From: Ministeria vibrans ATCC 50519
Taxonomy: Eukaryota; Protista; Filasterea
Assembly (NCBI GenBank): GCA_943704425.1
Contig: CALSCP010001419.1
Span: forward strand, 27,870-91,869
Direction of reading: 5' to 3'
Length of the DNA stretch: 64,000 nt
Below, in pieces: positions 62,471 through 64,000 of the stretch (position 1 is its first letter; the number at the start of each line of letters is the position of its first letter). The position numbers and the translations under genes are program-made. The notes under the pieces were generated by a model, which was not told the origin of the DNA, did no database searches, and saw only the letters and a list, made by a program, of their open reading frames with translations.

Positions 62471-64000
62471 TTAAAACGAAATGGAGCCGGTGGAATCGTC
62501 AAGAGACTTCTGTGACGACTGTGACTGCGAGCCAGGACGGAAGAGCACGGCGTCCACTTGAGTGTAGAGGGGGGTCACTGAGGTGCCGGCCGAGGTGTCG
62601 CGCGTCCACGACAGAGTGCTTGTGGAATCGTCCCAGGCGAAGGCAGTGACGCGCACTTCACCTGTGAGGTAGGCGGTCGTCTCGCCATCGTCCTCGTACA
62701 GCGACACGTGTGCGTTGGCACCGGCGTACACGTGGATGCGCAACAGTCCACCGAGCGATGCAGTGCTCTGCACGACTGCGGCGTTGGTCAGTAGAAGCGA
62801 GCCGGCACGTACAAAAACGGGGAAGGACGCCAGCGGCACGTTGTTGGCATTAAACATGGTGTTGCCGGGTGTTGTCGCAGTCGAGTTGAAAGTGAACCAA
62901 GTAGCGGGTGGCAGAAAAACGCTCGCCGAGTTCTCGTCCTCGTTGCTATCCACACGCGACGTATCCACTTCGGCTGGCACGATGGAGTCGCCGAACATAA
63001 GAGTGGAAGAGCACGAGGAGCATGTGGGAAACTCGTAGTCAGCGGGACGCGTGATGGGTTTGCCCTGGCGATGTGCAGTGTGCGCCAGTGAGTAGATGTG
63101 CGGCAGAAGGGCATAGCGCAGATTGAGAGCATTGCGAAAGCCCACACAGTGCTCGGGGGTACCTCCGCCAGCGCCGTTGGGGCCGCACCACAGGTACGGA
63201 AAGCGCGGAACACCGTGCATTTGGTGCACACGCACTAAAATCAAATAGATAGAGAGATAGAGAAAAATTAGAGATGAGGGAGGGAGGAAGAAACAACGTA
63301 ATAGAGCAAGAGGAGGGAGAGAGAAACAAAGTGATAGAGAGAGAGAAACAAAGTGATAGAGGGAGAGAAACAAAGTGATAGAGAGAGAAAAATAAAGTGA
63401 TAAAGAGAGAGTAAAACAAAGTGATAGAGAGAGAGAGTTGAAATGGCAAACTGCATCCTCTTCTTACTGATGGGAAGAAACACTGAATTTTGGTACTGAC
63501 GCAACAGCACTGTGGCATCGGGGCTGGTCATGTCGCAGGTGAAGTAGGGCTGTCCATAGCGAGTGGACTGCAAAGCACGCGCGTGCGAACAGTCCTGGCC
63601 TAACCAAACAAAACAAACAATTATTTCGTAGTTCAAACCTCGTCGACACTCCATCTTTGTACCATCGCCACTCCAAGTGACCGCGGGGAATCGCTGCATT
63701 CCGGGCTGGAAGGCACGGTTGAGCGTAAACATGCGTTGCTTGGGCTTGGCTTTGCTCCACTCTGCTTGCTGAGCCATATTCCACCACAGGTACGTAAACC
63801 ACTGAGCAAATAATGTGTAAGCAAGTACAAGTGCTTGATGTGGTCTATTTTTGCTCTCACTTGTGTTTCTCCTTCATCGTTCCACCAAAAGTCAACTCCA
63901 TCGTCAAGAAACTGCAGGTGGATTTCAGTGTACCACTCGCGCATATCAGAACTAAGAAAAGAGCCCCAAAAACGGAGTGTCAGGACAGATGGCAGGGGGG
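62471..64000 (-). CDS. Glycoside hydrolase family 31 (5'-truncated by the window edge)
   Basis: DGVDFWWNDEGE (nucleophile region), WSGD, RVH, LRYALLPHIYS, PVFVRAGS, LYEDDGET. Confidence 0.85.
63315..63437. repeat. Intronic minisatellite AGAAACAAAGTGATAGAGAG (~5 copies)
   Basis: Read directly; the core is the same as in the repeats at 4.6 kb, 7.3 kb and 24.4 kb. Confidence 0.85.

Overview
This is a gene-dense, intron-rich eukaryotic nuclear window with GT-AG introns, microsatellite-rich introns and six short N-gaps. It probably comes from a flagellated unicellular opisthokont or holozoan; this is an inference from CEP120, TTAGGG repeats, a MiT/USF-type bHLH-ZIP and an LRR-TKL receptor. About 27 genes can be rebuilt by splicing by eye. 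Most are conserved housekeeping genes: PMF1/NNF1, RNF14, AAR2, eIF2D, NKAP, AMSH, UBE2A/RAD6, SNX1/2, a MARK-like kinase, RSA3, an SLC25 carrier, PAN2, a DAO-like oxidoreductase, TPK1, CEP120, VPS35, GUF1, fatty alcohol oxidase and a GH31. The standout is an intronless 1281-aa NLR-like protein (11346-15191, minus strand) with the order TIR-like / intact Ulp1-family (C48) cysteine protease / NB-ARC STAND NTPase / ankyrin repeats / C-terminal ubiquitin-like domain ending LRMRGG-ST. It therefore carries a capped pro-ubiquitin tail and a candidate maturation protease in one chain. It sits in tandem with an unusual ~1000-aa histidine-phosphatase fusion gene. Other notable items are a bacterial-adhesin-like (DUF11/isopeptide) secreted protein missed by the ORF track, an LRR receptor kinase with a three-LRR super-repeat, an 11-nt microexon in the bHLH basic region, telomeric repeats at an intron branch-point position, a divergent H3-like histone-fold protein, a stand-alone voltage-sensor-like protein, and an apparent chimeric insert (ATG8 and STE20-kinase 5' ends) inside PAN2. 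All domain calls come from motif recognition, not database searches.
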